Shown: positions 63,499-64,000 of the stretch, piece after piece
Layout of the letters: every line of letters starts with the position of its first letter
How positions within the stretch are numbered: the first letter of the stretch is position 1
NCBI GenBank assembly: GCA_047404135.1
Contig: JBDOIT010000001.1
Coordinates: forward strand, 21,055-85,054
Length of the DNA stretch: 64,000 nucleotides
Source: Rickettsiales bacterium
GTDB taxonomy: Bacteria; Pseudomonadota; Alphaproteobacteria; Rickettsiales; JABSSG01
Direction of reading: 5' to 3'
The notes under the pieces: generated by a model
The model's database searches: none
Seen by the model: only the letters and a program-made list of their open reading frames with translations
What the model was told of the DNA's origin: nothing
Translations under genes and position numbers: made by a program

Positions 63499-63968
63499 AT
63501 ATCTTTCCCTTGTTTATTTTCAACCTTTGTGACAGGTGTTGAGTCAGGGGAAAAACTTTTGCCTTTCCTTGTTTGTTCTATTTCAGACCCTATTATCTTT
63601 GGAATATTACCCAGTTTTCTATTGCGCTGATCCGCCTCTTTTCTCGTAGATTTTTCTTGCACTTTAGCTGGATGAAGCTTCTTCTCAAGCATTTCTTCTC
63701 TCTCCTCCTGCGCTGTAACTGCTACAGCACTATCCCTTGACCTGTGCTCCTTTTTTTCTGCCTCTTCTGCTCTTCTTAAGACTAGACTTTTCTCCAATCC
63801 CTTAAGACGTTCAGCAATAGATGCTTTCTGCTCAGTTTCTGCAGATGCTTTCTCTTGCTCAGCTTTGTAGTAGCTCAGCACCTCTGCAATCTCATTAGCT
63901 CTCTCATCAGCCATTCTTAACGCTTCCTTGATAGAATCCCCCTCCACTGCTGCAGATTTAACATCCAT
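63495..63968 (-). CDS. Hypothetical charged coiled-coil protein
   Basis: 157 aa, Glu/Lys-rich; ends SFSPDSTPVTKVENKQGKDI. Confidence 0.7.
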   Translation of the reverse strand: MDVKSAAVEGDSIKEALRMADERANEIAEVLSYYKAEQEKASAETEQKASIAERLKGLEKSLVLRRAEEAEKKEHRSRDSAVAVTAQEEREEMLEKKLHPAKVQEKSTRKEADQRNRKLGNIPKIIGSEIEQTRKGKSFSPDSTPVTKVENKQGKDI

Positions 63969-64000
63969 TTTTAGTTGTTCATTTTCCGTTAATAGACTCA

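Overview
AT-rich chromosome segment from an alphaproteobacterial endosymbiont, most likely Rickettsiales and probably outside Anaplasmataceae. That placement is an inference from mur/ddl/lpxC, a large rvh-type VirB6, CADD, the rpsU/COQ9 synteny, DivK and MipZ. The backbone is housekeeping: ftsQ-ddl-murB-murC-acpS, mipZ-ftsY-mtaB, ileS-gpsA-divK, pepP-ligA, dnaX-ybaB-recR, rimM, parC, nusB, lspA-ribF, xth, gatCAB, ctaG, lpxC, tRNA-Glu and tRNA-Leu. A dif-like site at 30179-30206 and a by-eye switch in strand composition suggest the window spans the replication terminus. Orphan, effector-like genes are interspersed. About eight share a C-terminal hydrophobic/small-Gly-(Asp/Glu) motif, usually followed by a short acidic tail. 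Three of them sit behind perfect CtrA boxes with near-identical spacing to a -10 element. Together these suggest a cell-cycle-regulated secreted-protein programme, which is the top hypothesis and is unverified. Other notable items are a toxin-like glycosyltransferase with a 50-bp triplication at its 3' end, an Hc2-like basic protein beside CADD and a GTA/HK97 capsid relic, a RibF with a degenerate kinase domain, a likely CTG start for rpsU, and a phhB pseudogene. No CRISPR array, rRNA or intact mobile element was seen. All family calls come from motif recognition by eye; no searches were run.
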